Below are positions 8,711-17,074 of a stretch of 19,087 nucleotides of DNA, in pieces. The stretch covers positions 1 through 19,087 of the forward strand of contig JBNPEG010000042.1 of the NCBI GenBank assembly GCA_051117555.1, read 5' to 3'. A model generated the notes under the pieces. The model saw nothing but the letters and a program-made list of their open reading frames with translations, searched no databases and was not told the DNA's origin. Every line of letters begins with the position of its first letter. Positions within the stretch are counted from its first letter, which is position 1. The translations under genes were made by a program, and so were the position numbers. Origin of the DNA: Elainellaceae cyanobacterium. GTDB taxonomy: Bacteria > Cyanobacteriota > Cyanobacteriia > CAZCXK01.

Positions 8711-9577
8711 ATGGTCATCAAACCTTGTGAGGGCAAGGAACATATTGGTTCTCAGGGGTTTGAAACTCACGGACTCCTCAACGTCGAGCGAATTGAGTGG
8801 GAAGCCGAGAAAATTGAAGATTTGCTAAAGAAATATTTCCGTTCACAGTCTGCCGGTGCAAGCGATCTCGATCTGCTTCTCGATGAATACTCCAAACTGA
8901 AACACCTCAATAGTTTTGCCAAGCAAATCGTTATCCGAATGCTGAGAAGCAACCGGCGCTTTTGGGGCTACAAAGTTGATGTGAATAACCGCATCGTGAA
9001 GCCCCATATCCTGTTTCTGATCGGCACCCTGTGCGACGAATTTGACTACATGAATACAAGTCCTCTGTATGGATTACGAGTATTAGACATCGGCTGTGGG
9101 GCATTATCGAATTACGGTTCTGTCGATGACGATGATGATTTGCTCAATCAGTTTTATGGCGATCGCCCTCCCATGGCAGCCGAAATGCTCCAACTGCTAG
9201 GTGCGCAAACAATTGGGATTGACCCCCGCAGTCACTGTTCTCAAACTTATGACTACCGGGTGTCTTACAAGCATCAAATCGTAAATTTCGATGCAATTGA
9301 AAACTGGCTAAACGCCTTCTCTCACCCCTTTGATGTCATCTCTGGGTTTAACCTATTCAGCCGCCCTGGGTTTCTCTATCACTACTGGTCAACCGATCGA
9401 GTCGTGGCGCTCTTTCGAAAGCTAAGGCAGCAGCTTGAACCCCGTGGGCTCTTGTATACCAGCTCGCCACTCCCGCCAGCGTCTTTAGAAAATCGGCACA
9501 CCAACCGCCAAATTTTCACGAAAGCTGGCTTTGAGATTTTACACGAAGGTTATTACTTCATTGCGAAACCGAGTTAA
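8711..9577 (+). CDS. Class I SAM-dependent methyltransferase-like protein, substrate unknown
   Basis: Motif I LRVLDIGCGA; beta2 acid (GAQTIGID); FDVI (beta4); LRQQLEPRGLLY; terminal AGFEIL. About 120-aa N-terminal helical extension. Confidence 0.7.
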   Translation: MVIKPCEGKEHIGSQGFETHGLLNVERIEWEAEKIEDLLKKYFRSQSAGASDLDLLLDEYSKLKHLNSFAKQIVIRMLRSNRRFWGYKVDVNNRIVKPHILFLIGTLCDEFDYMNTSPLYGLRVLDIGCGALSNYGSVDDDDDLLNQFYGDRPPMAAEMLQLLGAQTIGIDPRSHCSQTYDYRVSYKHQIVNFDAIENWLNAFSHPFDVISGFNLFSRPGFLYHYWSTDRVVALFRKLRQQLEPRGLLYTSSPLPPASLENRHTNRQIFTKAGFEILHEGYYFIAKPS

Positions 9578-9616
9578 CTCAGGCTGCTCTCGTCTAAATT
9601 CACCCGATGCTCAGTT

Positions 9617-10321
9617 TTAGAGATATCCATGCTCGGTCAAAAATGACGGGGTAATCAAATCATGATCCGATCGAGCGAGAGACTCCTCTTGTTGGTGAGT
9701 CGATGCACTATGGGCGCTGGGACGCGAGGTTAGGAATTTCTCAACATACTTGCCTAACACGTCTCCCTCTAGATTGACGCGATCGCCCGCCTTCAGATAC
9801 TGAAGATTCGTTTCGGCATAGGTGACTGGAATCACCGCCGCCTTAAACCAGCTTCCTGCCGAATCACAATCCGCCACCGTCAGGCTGACCCCGTTGACTG
9901 CAATGCTCCCTTTCGAAACGATGTAGCACGACACCCGCGAATCGGCCACGTGAATCCTCATTTCCCAAGCATTAGCCGTTTGCACGGTTGACTGGAGATA
10001 GCCCACGCCGTCAATATGCCCGGTCACAAAATGTCCACCCAATTTACTGCCGACACGAAGTGAAGTTTCTATGTTGACGGTGTTTTCGCTCTCAAGTTGA
10101 CCCAGAGTTGTTCGATTGAGAGTTTCAGGGGAGGCATCGGCAACGAACCCATGTGTCAGGATTTGGCTAACGGTGAGACAAATCCCATCCACGGCAACGC
10201 TATCGCCCAAGGCAAGATCCGCTATAACGCTGGGCGGCGTAGAAACTCCCCATATAATTCGGACTTTGTCGGTGCCGATGCGCTGAATATTTCCTAAAGA
10301 TTGAATGATTCCGGTAAACAC
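9617..10321 (-). CDS. ribE: Riboflavin synthase (alpha chain)
   Basis: MFTGII start, GDSVAVDGICLTV, ETLNRTTL, LGGHFVTGHIDG, KGSIAVNGVSLTV, VNLEGD. Confidence 0.97.
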   Translation of the reverse strand: MFTGIIQSLGNIQRIGTDKVRIIWGVSTPPSVIADLALGDSVAVDGICLTVSQILTHGFVADASPETLNRTTLGQLESENTVNIETSLRVGSKLGGHFVTGHIDGVGYLQSTVQTANAWEMRIHVADSRVSCYIVSKGSIAVNGVSLTVADCDSAGSWFKAAVIPVTYAETNLQYLKAGDRVNLEGDVLGKYVEKFLTSRPSAHSASTHQQEESLARSDHDLITPSFLTEHGYL

Positions 10322-10389
10322 GGCGTTAAAAATGAATGCTAAGCATAGAGTAAGGGATCGTACTTGATTTGCTGCTGCTTGACTGAATG

Positions 10390-10417
10390 TTGACTAGACT
10401 TATCGTTTGGTTAAACT
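10390..10417 (+). promoter_or_regulatory. Candidate sigma70-type promoter for the DUF151-AKR operon
   Basis: TTGACT (10390-10395) - 16 nt - TAAACT (10412-10417). Sequence match only. Confidence 0.35.
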
Positions 10418-10709
10418 TTCAGAATTAGGTCTATGGACTCGGAGCAAAATCAGGGCATACTGGAGTTCAGTGAAACTTATCAATCGACGAGGTGTTGATT
10501 TAGATCTTGACACACTTTTCCTTGAAATAAGATGAGGGCTTGGAGATTACTAGGGGTGACGTTTGCTCTTCTAAGGGAGCAAACTTGAGTACATCTATCT
10601 AGTTTCAATGCCCAAAGATGGGTTTATCCTTAACCTATGCTGATTCAGTCGTGATCTCTCTTTTCCCGGTTTGATTTTCCTTGCTCAACGGATTCTGGAG
10701 GCTAAGTCA

Positions 10710-11213
10710 ATGCTTGAAATGAAACTCGCCGGAATTGCCCTAGATGCAGCAACTCGCAGCCCCATCGTCTTGCTGAGAGATACTGCTGATCGGCGGCAAT
10801 TACCCATTTATATCGGCCAGGATCAAGCACGGGCGATTATTAATGCGCTTGAAAACCAAGCACCGCCTCGTCCATTAACCCACGATTTGATTGTTAATTT
10901 GCTTGAAGAATGGGATATGGCTCTAGAGCGAGTGGTTATTCACTCCCTTCAAGACAACACATTCTACGCAATCTTGACGGTGCGTCAAGGCGACGTCAAA
11001 AAGGAAATTGATGCGCGCCCTAGTGATGCGATCGCCATTGCCCTTCGTACCGATAGCCCAATTTGGGTGATGGAAGAGGTCATCGCTGATGCTTCAATTC
11101 CGGTTGACCGTGACGCTGATGAGGCTGAGCGGAAAGCCTTTCGAGACTTTCTGTCAAATCTTAGCCCCGAAGATTTTGCTCAACGGGGTCGCCTGAGCAG
11201 CGGTGAAGCATAA
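10710..11213 (+). CDS. Bifunctional nuclease family protein (DUF151)
   Basis: PIVLL, LPIYIG, PRPLTHDL, FYA, IDARPSDAIAIALR; ATG 10710 with GGAGG upstream. Confidence 0.93.
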   Translation: MLEMKLAGIALDAATRSPIVLLRDTADRRQLPIYIGQDQARAIINALENQAPPRPLTHDLIVNLLEEWDMALERVVIHSLQDNTFYAILTVRQGDVKKEIDARPSDAIAIALRTDSPIWVMEEVIADASIPVDRDADEAERKAFRDFLSNLSPEDFAQRGRLSSGEA

Positions 11214-11222
11214 CCTGTGATA

Positions 11223-12353
11223 ATGCGATATCGTCGCTTTGGTAAAACCGGCATCAACATGTCGGTCTTTTCTTTGGGAACCATGCGATATCTGGAGTCT
11301 GAAGAAAATGCCCGACTCACCGTAGAGCGTGCCTTAACCGGTGGAATCAATCACCTCGAAACCGCTCGGGGATACGGGAAGAGTGAAGAGTACTTGGGAT
11401 CTGCTCTCCGATCGGGAGTGGGCGTGCCTCGTTCTCAACTTTATATCACCTCTAAGATTCAGCCTACGCCAGACGCAGACTCTATAGCTCGCAGCCTCGA
11501 TCAATCTCTGACGGCATTGGGGATTGATTATCTAGACTGCCTCGCCCTGCATGGCGTAAATACCTGGGAACACCTGGCTCTGATCGAAGATCCAAATGGC
11601 TGTATGAACGCAGTCGATGCGGCTCTTGAGGATGGGCGAATTCGTCACGTAGGTTTTTCGACCCATGCTCCTCTAGACGTAATATTACGGGCGATCGCCA
11701 CCGATCGATTTGAGTTTGTCAATCTTCACTACACCTACTTCTTTCAGCGCAATGCCGAAGCTATTGAGCGTGCTTCCCAAAACGATATGGGAATTTTTAT
11801 TATTTCTCCTGCTGACAAAGGGGGAATGCTGTATGCCCCCCCGTCTTTACTCACTCAGCTCTGCGCGCCTTTTTCTCCGCTGGAATTAAATTACCGATTT
11901 CTTCTTAGCGATCCGCGCATTACGACCCTTAGCATTGGTGCTGCTCATCCTGCTGAGCTAGATTGCCCTCTCAATATCGCAGATTCTGACAACTCGCTCA
12001 CTTCAGATGAAGACACTGTACTAAAACGCCTGCAACAGCATCACGTTAGTGCTCTAGGGACTGAACGGTGCAGCCAATGCTACGAATGTCTGCCGTGCCC
12101 TGAATCAATTCATATACCCGAAGTGCTGAGACTTCGAAACCTGGCGATCGCGTATGATATGACCGCGTTTGGGAAATATCGATACGGCATGTTCGAAAAC
12201 GCAGGGCATTGGTTTCCAGGAAATAAGGGCGATCGCTGTACAGAATGTGGTGATTGCTTGCCGCGCTGCCCCGAACATCTCGATATCCCAGCCCTGTTGA
12301 ATGATGCCCATCAGCGCCTCAACGGATCTAAACGACGACGGCTTTGGGACTGA
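11223..12353 (+). CDS. Aldo/keto reductase with C-terminal 4Fe-4S dicluster domain
   Basis: MRYRRFGKT, SLGTMR, ETARGYG, ITSK, GFSTH; CSQCYECLPCP and CTECGDCLPRCP. Starts 9 bp after the DUF151 stop. Confidence 0.93.
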   Translation: MRYRRFGKTGINMSVFSLGTMRYLESEENARLTVERALTGGINHLETARGYGKSEEYLGSALRSGVGVPRSQLYITSKIQPTPDADSIARSLDQSLTALGIDYLDCLALHGVNTWEHLALIEDPNGCMNAVDAALEDGRIRHVGFSTHAPLDVILRAIATDRFEFVNLHYTYFFQRNAEAIERASQNDMGIFIISPADKGGMLYAPPSLLTQLCAPFSPLELNYRFLLSDPRITTLSIGAAHPAELDCPLNIADSDNSLTSDEDTVLKRLQQHHVSALGTERCSQCYECLPCPESIHIPEVLRLRNLAIAYDMTAFGKYRYGMFENAGHWFPGNKGDRCTECGDCLPRCPEHLDIPALLNDAHQRLNGSKRRRLWD

Positions 12354-12403
12354 TCGTTGCTCATCGCCTTGGCTTACCTTTGGTTCTCTGTTTTAGATGA
12401 GCG

Positions 12404-12976
12404 TTAAGCTTGAGGCTCGGTTGCCCTGAACTGTTCCCACCATCGATTGAGTGGATAGTAAACAACGGGTGCCCAAAGGCTGCTTAAGATTGCTGAACTT
12501 AGAGCAATCTGTTGGTGGTGAAGCCAGGTTTCAGTCAAAACTAAATATAAATTCTGCACGTGCCCGAAGAAAATCTGCACACTAAATTGGATGGCAGTGA
12601 CCGTCTCGACTAAGACTGCCATGCCAAAGACGATCAGGGCAACTGAAATAAAATCTTCTTGGATATATTTTTGTTTTTGGATGCGAGCCGTCAAAATACC
12701 TGCAATCGCCAGGCTGATGGCATGGGTGGGATAGGGATACGTCATCCCGTCTTGGATAAAGCCAAGGCACAATCCCGCGATCGCCCCTTGGAATGCAGTT
12801 CGTTTTACACTCCAAGCGACGACCCAGATTAGTAACCAGTTGGGGCCTACGCCAAGTAGTTGCATGCCGGGCAAGCGCGCCGGCAAAATTAAGAGACATA
12901 CTAGCACCGAGACGATTGTCACTATCCAATTTAGGATTTGCCGAATACCGGGATTGAGATTAAGTATGCTTATCAC
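12404..12976 (-). CDS. mreD: Rod shape-determining protein MreD
   Basis: Hydrophobic 190 aa, PNWLLIWVVAWSVKR, GFIQDG; third gene after mreB and mreC. Confidence 0.93.
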   Translation of the reverse strand: MISILNLNPGIRQILNWIVTIVSVLVCLLILPARLPGMQLLGVGPNWLLIWVVAWSVKRTAFQGAIAGLCLGFIQDGMTYPYPTHAISLAIAGILTARIQKQKYIQEDFISVALIVFGMAVLVETVTAIQFSVQIFFGHVQNLYLVLTETWLHHQQIALSSAILSSLWAPVVYYPLNRWWEQFRATEPQA

Positions 12977-13014
12977 TCGTCAATTTTCTCCATGACGAAT
13001 CACGGTTAATTTAT

Positions 13015-13045
13015 CTCTGTCGAACGCACTCTGTCGAACGTACTC
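13015..13045. repeat. 14-bp tandem duplication (CTCTGTCGAACGYA x2.2) between mreC and mreD
   Basis: ctctgtcgaacgca / ctctgtcgaacgta / ctc read directly. Confidence 0.8.
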
Positions 13046-13064
13046 AGGTGGCTGACATCAAACA

Positions 13065-13844
13065 TCAAGGTTGAGAATTTTGCAACGATTCTTCAGACGG
13101 AGATGCCGACTGCCCTGGATACACAATGACCCACTCTAAAAAGCTGATGGGTGCAGACAGTTCAATGATGGCTTCAGGCGCAGGGCTCTTACTTAGGTTG
13201 ATTGACTCTACTGTGCCAACCGGTAAACCGGCAGGAAAAAGCTGACTAAATGACGATGTTGAAACGGCGTCTCCGGGGCGAACGTCAGGAACTTTATCAA
13301 AAAACTCCATAACAGCGCGATTGGCTGACTGTCCGCGCATGTATCCCATTGACCGAGACCGGCTAATCGCTACTCCAACTTGACTGGTTGGATCACTAAT
13401 CAGCAACACTCGACTCGTATTTGGAGTCACCTGAATCACTCGTCCAACCAGACCGCCCGTTCCTGAAACCACAGAACCAACCTTGATCCCATCTTGGCTA
13501 CCCCGACCTAAGGTGACTTGTTGCCACCAATGATCAGCACTGCGCCCGATAATAGGAGCCACAATGCCCTCACCGGGACGCTCAGCAATATACCCCAACA
13601 ATTCACGAAGTTCTTGATTCTGGCTCTCTAATTCAACAAGTCTTTGCTGAAGTTCAAGAACTTGGGCGGTGTCTAATATTTCTTCCTGATTCGGACCTGA
13701 TTGAAAGGGATACGACAACCCTCGATAAATCTCTAACACTAAAGAAGCCCGCGTCTGACGCAAAGCCCACGCTGCGCCAATGGCGAGGCAAATTAGCCCA
13801 ATTCGTATTCCGTATCGATCCCACCAACGACGTATTGTGTACAT
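13065..13844 (-). CDS. mreC: Rod shape-determining protein MreC
   Basis: N-terminal TM, coiled coil (ELESQNQELRELL), GLVGRV, SRVLLISD, GDAVSTS, FPAGLPVG. Confidence 0.96.
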   Translation of the reverse strand: MYTIRRWWDRYGIRIGLICLAIGAAWALRQTRASLVLEIYRGLSYPFQSGPNQEEILDTAQVLELQQRLVELESQNQELRELLGYIAERPGEGIVAPIIGRSADHWWQQVTLGRGSQDGIKVGSVVSGTGGLVGRVIQVTPNTSRVLLISDPTSQVGVAISRSRSMGYMRGQSANRAVMEFFDKVPDVRPGDAVSTSSFSQLFPAGLPVGTVESINLSKSPAPEAIIELSAPISFLEWVIVYPGQSASPSEESLQNSQP

Positions 13845-14030
13845 TCAAGCCATGGAATCCTTAAATCAGCCTAGCATGCAAATGATCGTCTACAGAGACT
13901 GCCTCAACGCATTGATCATTCAATCGATCATTCAAAGTATAGTTGGGCACACTGCCTTCTACTCAGGAGAGGTATAGAAACGGACGTTTCTAGCTGTTAA
14001 TTTCATCTTGAACGACATCGGGCGATCGCC

Positions 14031-14119
14031 CGCCACAATTACTCGCCACAATTACTCGCCACAATTACTCGCCACAATTACTCGCCACAATTACTCGCCA
14101 CAATTACTCGCCACAATTA
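14031..14119. repeat. Perfect 13-bp tandem repeat (CGCCACAATTACT x6 + 11 nt) overlapping the mreB stop codon
   Basis: Units start at 14031, 14044, 14057, 14070, 14083, 14096 and 14109 (partial); no mismatches. Confidence 0.97.
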
Positions 14120-15163
14120 ATAATTACGGGTCCGACCCGTGTTAAAGACGCGATCAAGCTGCTTAAAGTTCTCTAGAACACGTCCTGTTCCTAAGACAAC
14201 ACAACTTAATGGATCAGCCGCAACGTGGACGACAATTCCCGTTTCATGACTGATCAGAGTATCTAAGCCCTTGAGAAGTGCTCCCCCGCCTGCCAGCATA
14301 ATACCTCGATCGATAATATCGGCAGCCAGTTCAGGGGGAGTGCGCTCTAGCGTTCGTTTGACCGCTTCAATAATCACAGAGAGAGGTTCTGACATCGCTT
14401 CTCGCATCTCTGGAGCCTTAACCGTCACGGTTCTAGGTAGACCCGATAATAGATGCAAGCCACGCACGTCCATGATGATCTCGTCATCGCTATCTAGGGG
14501 ATAGGCAGATCCGATTGTGATTTTGATTTCTTCAGCCGTCCGCTCACCAATGACAAGATTATGAACTTTCTTCATGTATTGCGTGAGCGCTTCATTGAGT
14601 TCATCGCCTGCAACACGAACCGATTCACTGAGTACAGTTCCCTGAAGACTGAGGACGGCGACTTCGGTGGTGCCACCCCCGATATCGATAATCATATTCC
14701 CCGTTGGTTCTGCAACCGGAAGCCCAGCCCCAATTGCAGCGGCGACAGGCTCATCGATGAGATGAACCTCGCGAGCACCTGCTTCTCTGGCAGCATCTTC
14801 AACGGCTCGGCGCTCGACGCCTGTTACCCCGCTAGGAATGCCAATGACAATACGCGGAGAAACGAGCGTCCGCCCTTCATGAACCCGGCGAATAAAATGC
14901 TTTAGCATAATCTCTGCGGTGTCAAAATCAGCAATGACACCATCTCGCAGAGGACGAAGCGCAACTACATTTCCAGGTGTGCGTCCGAGCATTTTCTTTG
15001 CATCTTCACCGACTGCAAGCGGCACTTTTTCTCCCTCATCCATGGCTACAACAGAGGGTTCTTGCAGGACAATGCCCTTACCAGAGACATACACCAATGT
15101 ATTGGCGGTACCTAAATCGATACCCATGTCACGAGAAAACGAGAAGCGATTCATGAAGCCCAC
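14117..15163 (-). CDS. mreB: Rod shape-determining protein MreB
   Basis: DMGIDLGTANT, EPSVVA, RPLRDGVIAD, EPVAAAIGAGLP, DIGGGTTEVA, LAGGGALL; GTG start. Confidence 0.98.
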   Translation of the reverse strand: MGFMNRFSFSRDMGIDLGTANTLVYVSGKGIVLQEPSVVAMDEGEKVPLAVGEDAKKMLGRTPGNVVALRPLRDGVIADFDTAEIMLKHFIRRVHEGRTLVSPRIVIGIPSGVTGVERRAVEDAAREAGAREVHLIDEPVAAAIGAGLPVAEPTGNMIIDIGGGTTEVAVLSLQGTVLSESVRVAGDELNEALTQYMKKVHNLVIGERTAEEIKITIGSAYPLDSDDEIIMDVRGLHLLSGLPRTVTVKAPEMREAMSEPLSVIIEAVKRTLERTPPELAADIIDRGIMLAGGGALLKGLDTLISHETGIVVHVAADPLSCVVLGTGRVLENFKQLDRVFNTGRTRNY

Positions 15164-15533
15164 GAGCTTTATTCCCCCAACGGCTGGAATGGTTGTATGA
15201 CTCTAAACTCGGTCGTAAAATTCGGTCGCAACGAAAAAAATAACTAAAATGGAGTCGATGAGGATTCTATTATGTTTTTTTTCCTGAGTCTAGTCAGGAT
15301 GGTACTACTCAATCGAATTTAGAAATCATGTGCTATTAGCTGTCATTCCCGACAAATCAATGCCCATCAGGACGAATTATCAGAGGAACCTGTTCCATCT
15401 CGAATCATTAGCCCGCCACGTATTTGAGATATTCTGATACATTTGCTACGTTCATAACTGTCGTTTATTAAATGCCGCCTTTAGAATAAATTGATGATGA
15501 GGGTAAGAAACTGAGGCATCTTATTCAAAAATT

Positions 15534-15899
15534 ATGGGATTAAATGTTGTTAACTTGGTCGGTCGCGCGGGTCGAGATCCTGATGTAAAGTATTTTGAAT
15601 CGGGCAGTGTAGTTTGCAATCTAACGCTTGCAGTCGATCGGCGGCGGAGGAATACAGACGAGCCTGACTGGTTTAATTTAGAAATTTGGGGAAAAACGGC
15701 TGAGATTGCGGCAAATTATGTTCGCAAAGGCAGTCTGATTGGTATTAGCGGCTCTCTGAAGCTCGACCATTGGCAAGACCGAACTACAGGAGCCCAGCGA
15801 TCTAAACCCGTGATTCGGGTTGAACGCTTGGATTTATTGGGGTCTAAGCGTGATAACGAAGCTTCGATGTCTGGCTACAGCGATGATGAAGAGTTTTAG
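15534..15899 (+). CDS. ssb: Single-stranded DNA-binding protein (short cyanobacterial type)
   Basis: NVVNLVGRAGRDP, TLAV, DWFNLEIWGKTAE, KGSLIGISGSL; acidic tail SDDEEF. Confidence 0.96.
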   Translation: MGLNVVNLVGRAGRDPDVKYFESGSVVCNLTLAVDRRRRNTDEPDWFNLEIWGKTAEIAANYVRKGSLIGISGSLKLDHWQDRTTGAQRSKPVIRVERLDLLGSKRDNEASMSGYSDDEEF

Positions 15900-15907
15900 G
15901 GATTGAT

Positions 15908-16846
15908 TTATTCGTCGCTACGAACTTGATTTGCATCAGTGTGACTGGCGTTGTTGAGGTGTTTGAGTCCTAAATGAGCCAATATGCCAAATCCACCCAG
16001 CAGAAGCCAGTAGGGGCTATAGACCATCAGCCAGATGCCAAGTTGCATCAAATCAACGGTAAAGTCGCCAACTGATTGGGTTGCATGAACCCACGTGGTT
16101 TGAAGCTGGTGGGTTAATTTCAGCTCAGAATCATTGCTGGCGATCGCCCCTTCTAAACTGATAGTGATGGTCGAATACGCAACCCGATCTTGTAAATCGC
16201 TCAGTTGAGCATCGATCTGTTCAATAGTTGAGCGTACGCTGCTCAGTTCTCGGGCGACCTGGAGTACATCACCAACGCCGCCCGATCGCTCCATAATGTC
16301 AAGAAGCAATTCTTCTTGCTTACGTAGGTTGCGCAAGCGAGCCTGATAATCCACGAGTTGATTGGACACATCTTCGGTGGTGATTGTTTGCTGCTGAAGC
16401 TGACCTAAATCAGAGAGCGCTGTCAGGGCAGCATCAAGATTTAGCTGAGGAATGCGGAGCGTGAGCGATGCGGTCTGAGGAGCCGCCGCACGGGAAGGGA
16501 GTTGATCCCGCAATTGCACGACGTCTCCTTGCTGCTGCTGGGCGATCGCCCTTGCTTGCTCAATACTCTGCTCAACCGACTCGACCCGTATTGCCAATTC
16601 GGCTCGCTTGATGAGCTGAGGGCGCGATCGCGGCACATCGGCAGTTGGCTCAGCGTCATCTGATGCGCTGGGTGCTTGATTTTGATTTGCCTCAGGTGCG
16701 ATCGCCGCTTCTTCGGTGGCTGACATATCAGCGTGGTCAACCGATGATTGGAGCTGGCGCATCGATGCAGAACAACCAACTAGCATACTGCCCAGCACAC
16801 TAGCCATCACGATAGACCCGATCTGGATACGAGCAAAACCTGACAT
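15908..16846 (-). CDS. DUF4349 domain lipoprotein
   Basis: ATG 16846 with AGGAG upstream; lipobox LVGC (Cys25); LTLRIP, EDVSNQLVDYQARL coiled coil, VAYSTITISL, C-terminal TM. The ORF-track start at 16888 falls inside a palindrome and is unlikely. Confidence 0.87.
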   Translation of the reverse strand: MSGFARIQIGSIVMASVLGSMLVGCSASMRQLQSSVDHADMSATEEAAIAPEANQNQAPSASDDAEPTADVPRSRPQLIKRAELAIRVESVEQSIEQARAIAQQQQGDVVQLRDQLPSRAAAPQTASLTLRIPQLNLDAALTALSDLGQLQQQTITTEDVSNQLVDYQARLRNLRKQEELLLDIMERSGGVGDVLQVARELSSVRSTIEQIDAQLSDLQDRVAYSTITISLEGAIASNDSELKLTHQLQTTWVHATQSVGDFTVDLMQLGIWLMVYSPYWLLLGGFGILAHLGLKHLNNASHTDANQVRSDE

Positions 16847-16877
16847 GACGACAGCTCCTGATCTCATTTGGCAAGTC

Positions 16878-16897
16878 GGGCAAAGCATGCTTTGCCC
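16878..16897. repeat. Perfect 20-bp palindrome GGGCAAAGCATGCTTTGCCC (REP-like)
   Basis: Read directly; exact self reverse-complement. Confidence 0.85.
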
Positions 16898-16926
16898 AGC
16901 GCAATCTCTATAGCGCGTTTAAGGGA

Positions 16927-16945
16927 AATTGGGATTAGCCCAATT
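16927..16945 (-). terminator. Possible weak terminator hairpin downstream of cobB
   Basis: AATTGGG-CTAAT-CCCAATT on the minus strand followed by TCCCTT; 7-bp stem, poor U-tract. Confidence 0.25.
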
Positions 16946-17074
16946 CTGACCTGATCGGCATGTCATGGGCTCGGAGTTGCATTTTGTGTAACGGGATCGT
17001 GCCAGAATCGCACTCGATTGGAGAACCAGAATTTCTAGGCAATTCGACTCATTAACGATGGCGAAGCAGGCAGC

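Noticed and set aside
10322..10709. FMN riboswitch upstream of ribE
   Set aside because: The conserved RFN blocks (GGGC...GGTGAAATTCC...ACCG) were not found on the minus strand.
14031..14119. CRISPR array or lac operator array (AATTGTGGCG resembles lacO AATTGTGAGCG)
   Set aside because: No spacers and no dyad symmetry; the lacO likeness is short and coincidental.
15274..15299. Hairpin TCCTGA-N6-TCAGGA beside a T-run as an intrinsic terminator
   Set aside because: The T-run precedes the hairpin on + and becomes an A-run after it on -, the wrong geometry on both strands.
15436..15449. LexA or NtcA site GATACATTTGCTAC between mreB and ssb
   Set aside because: Three mismatches to RGTAC-N3-DGTWC and two to GTA-N8-TAC; plausible location but too weak to call.
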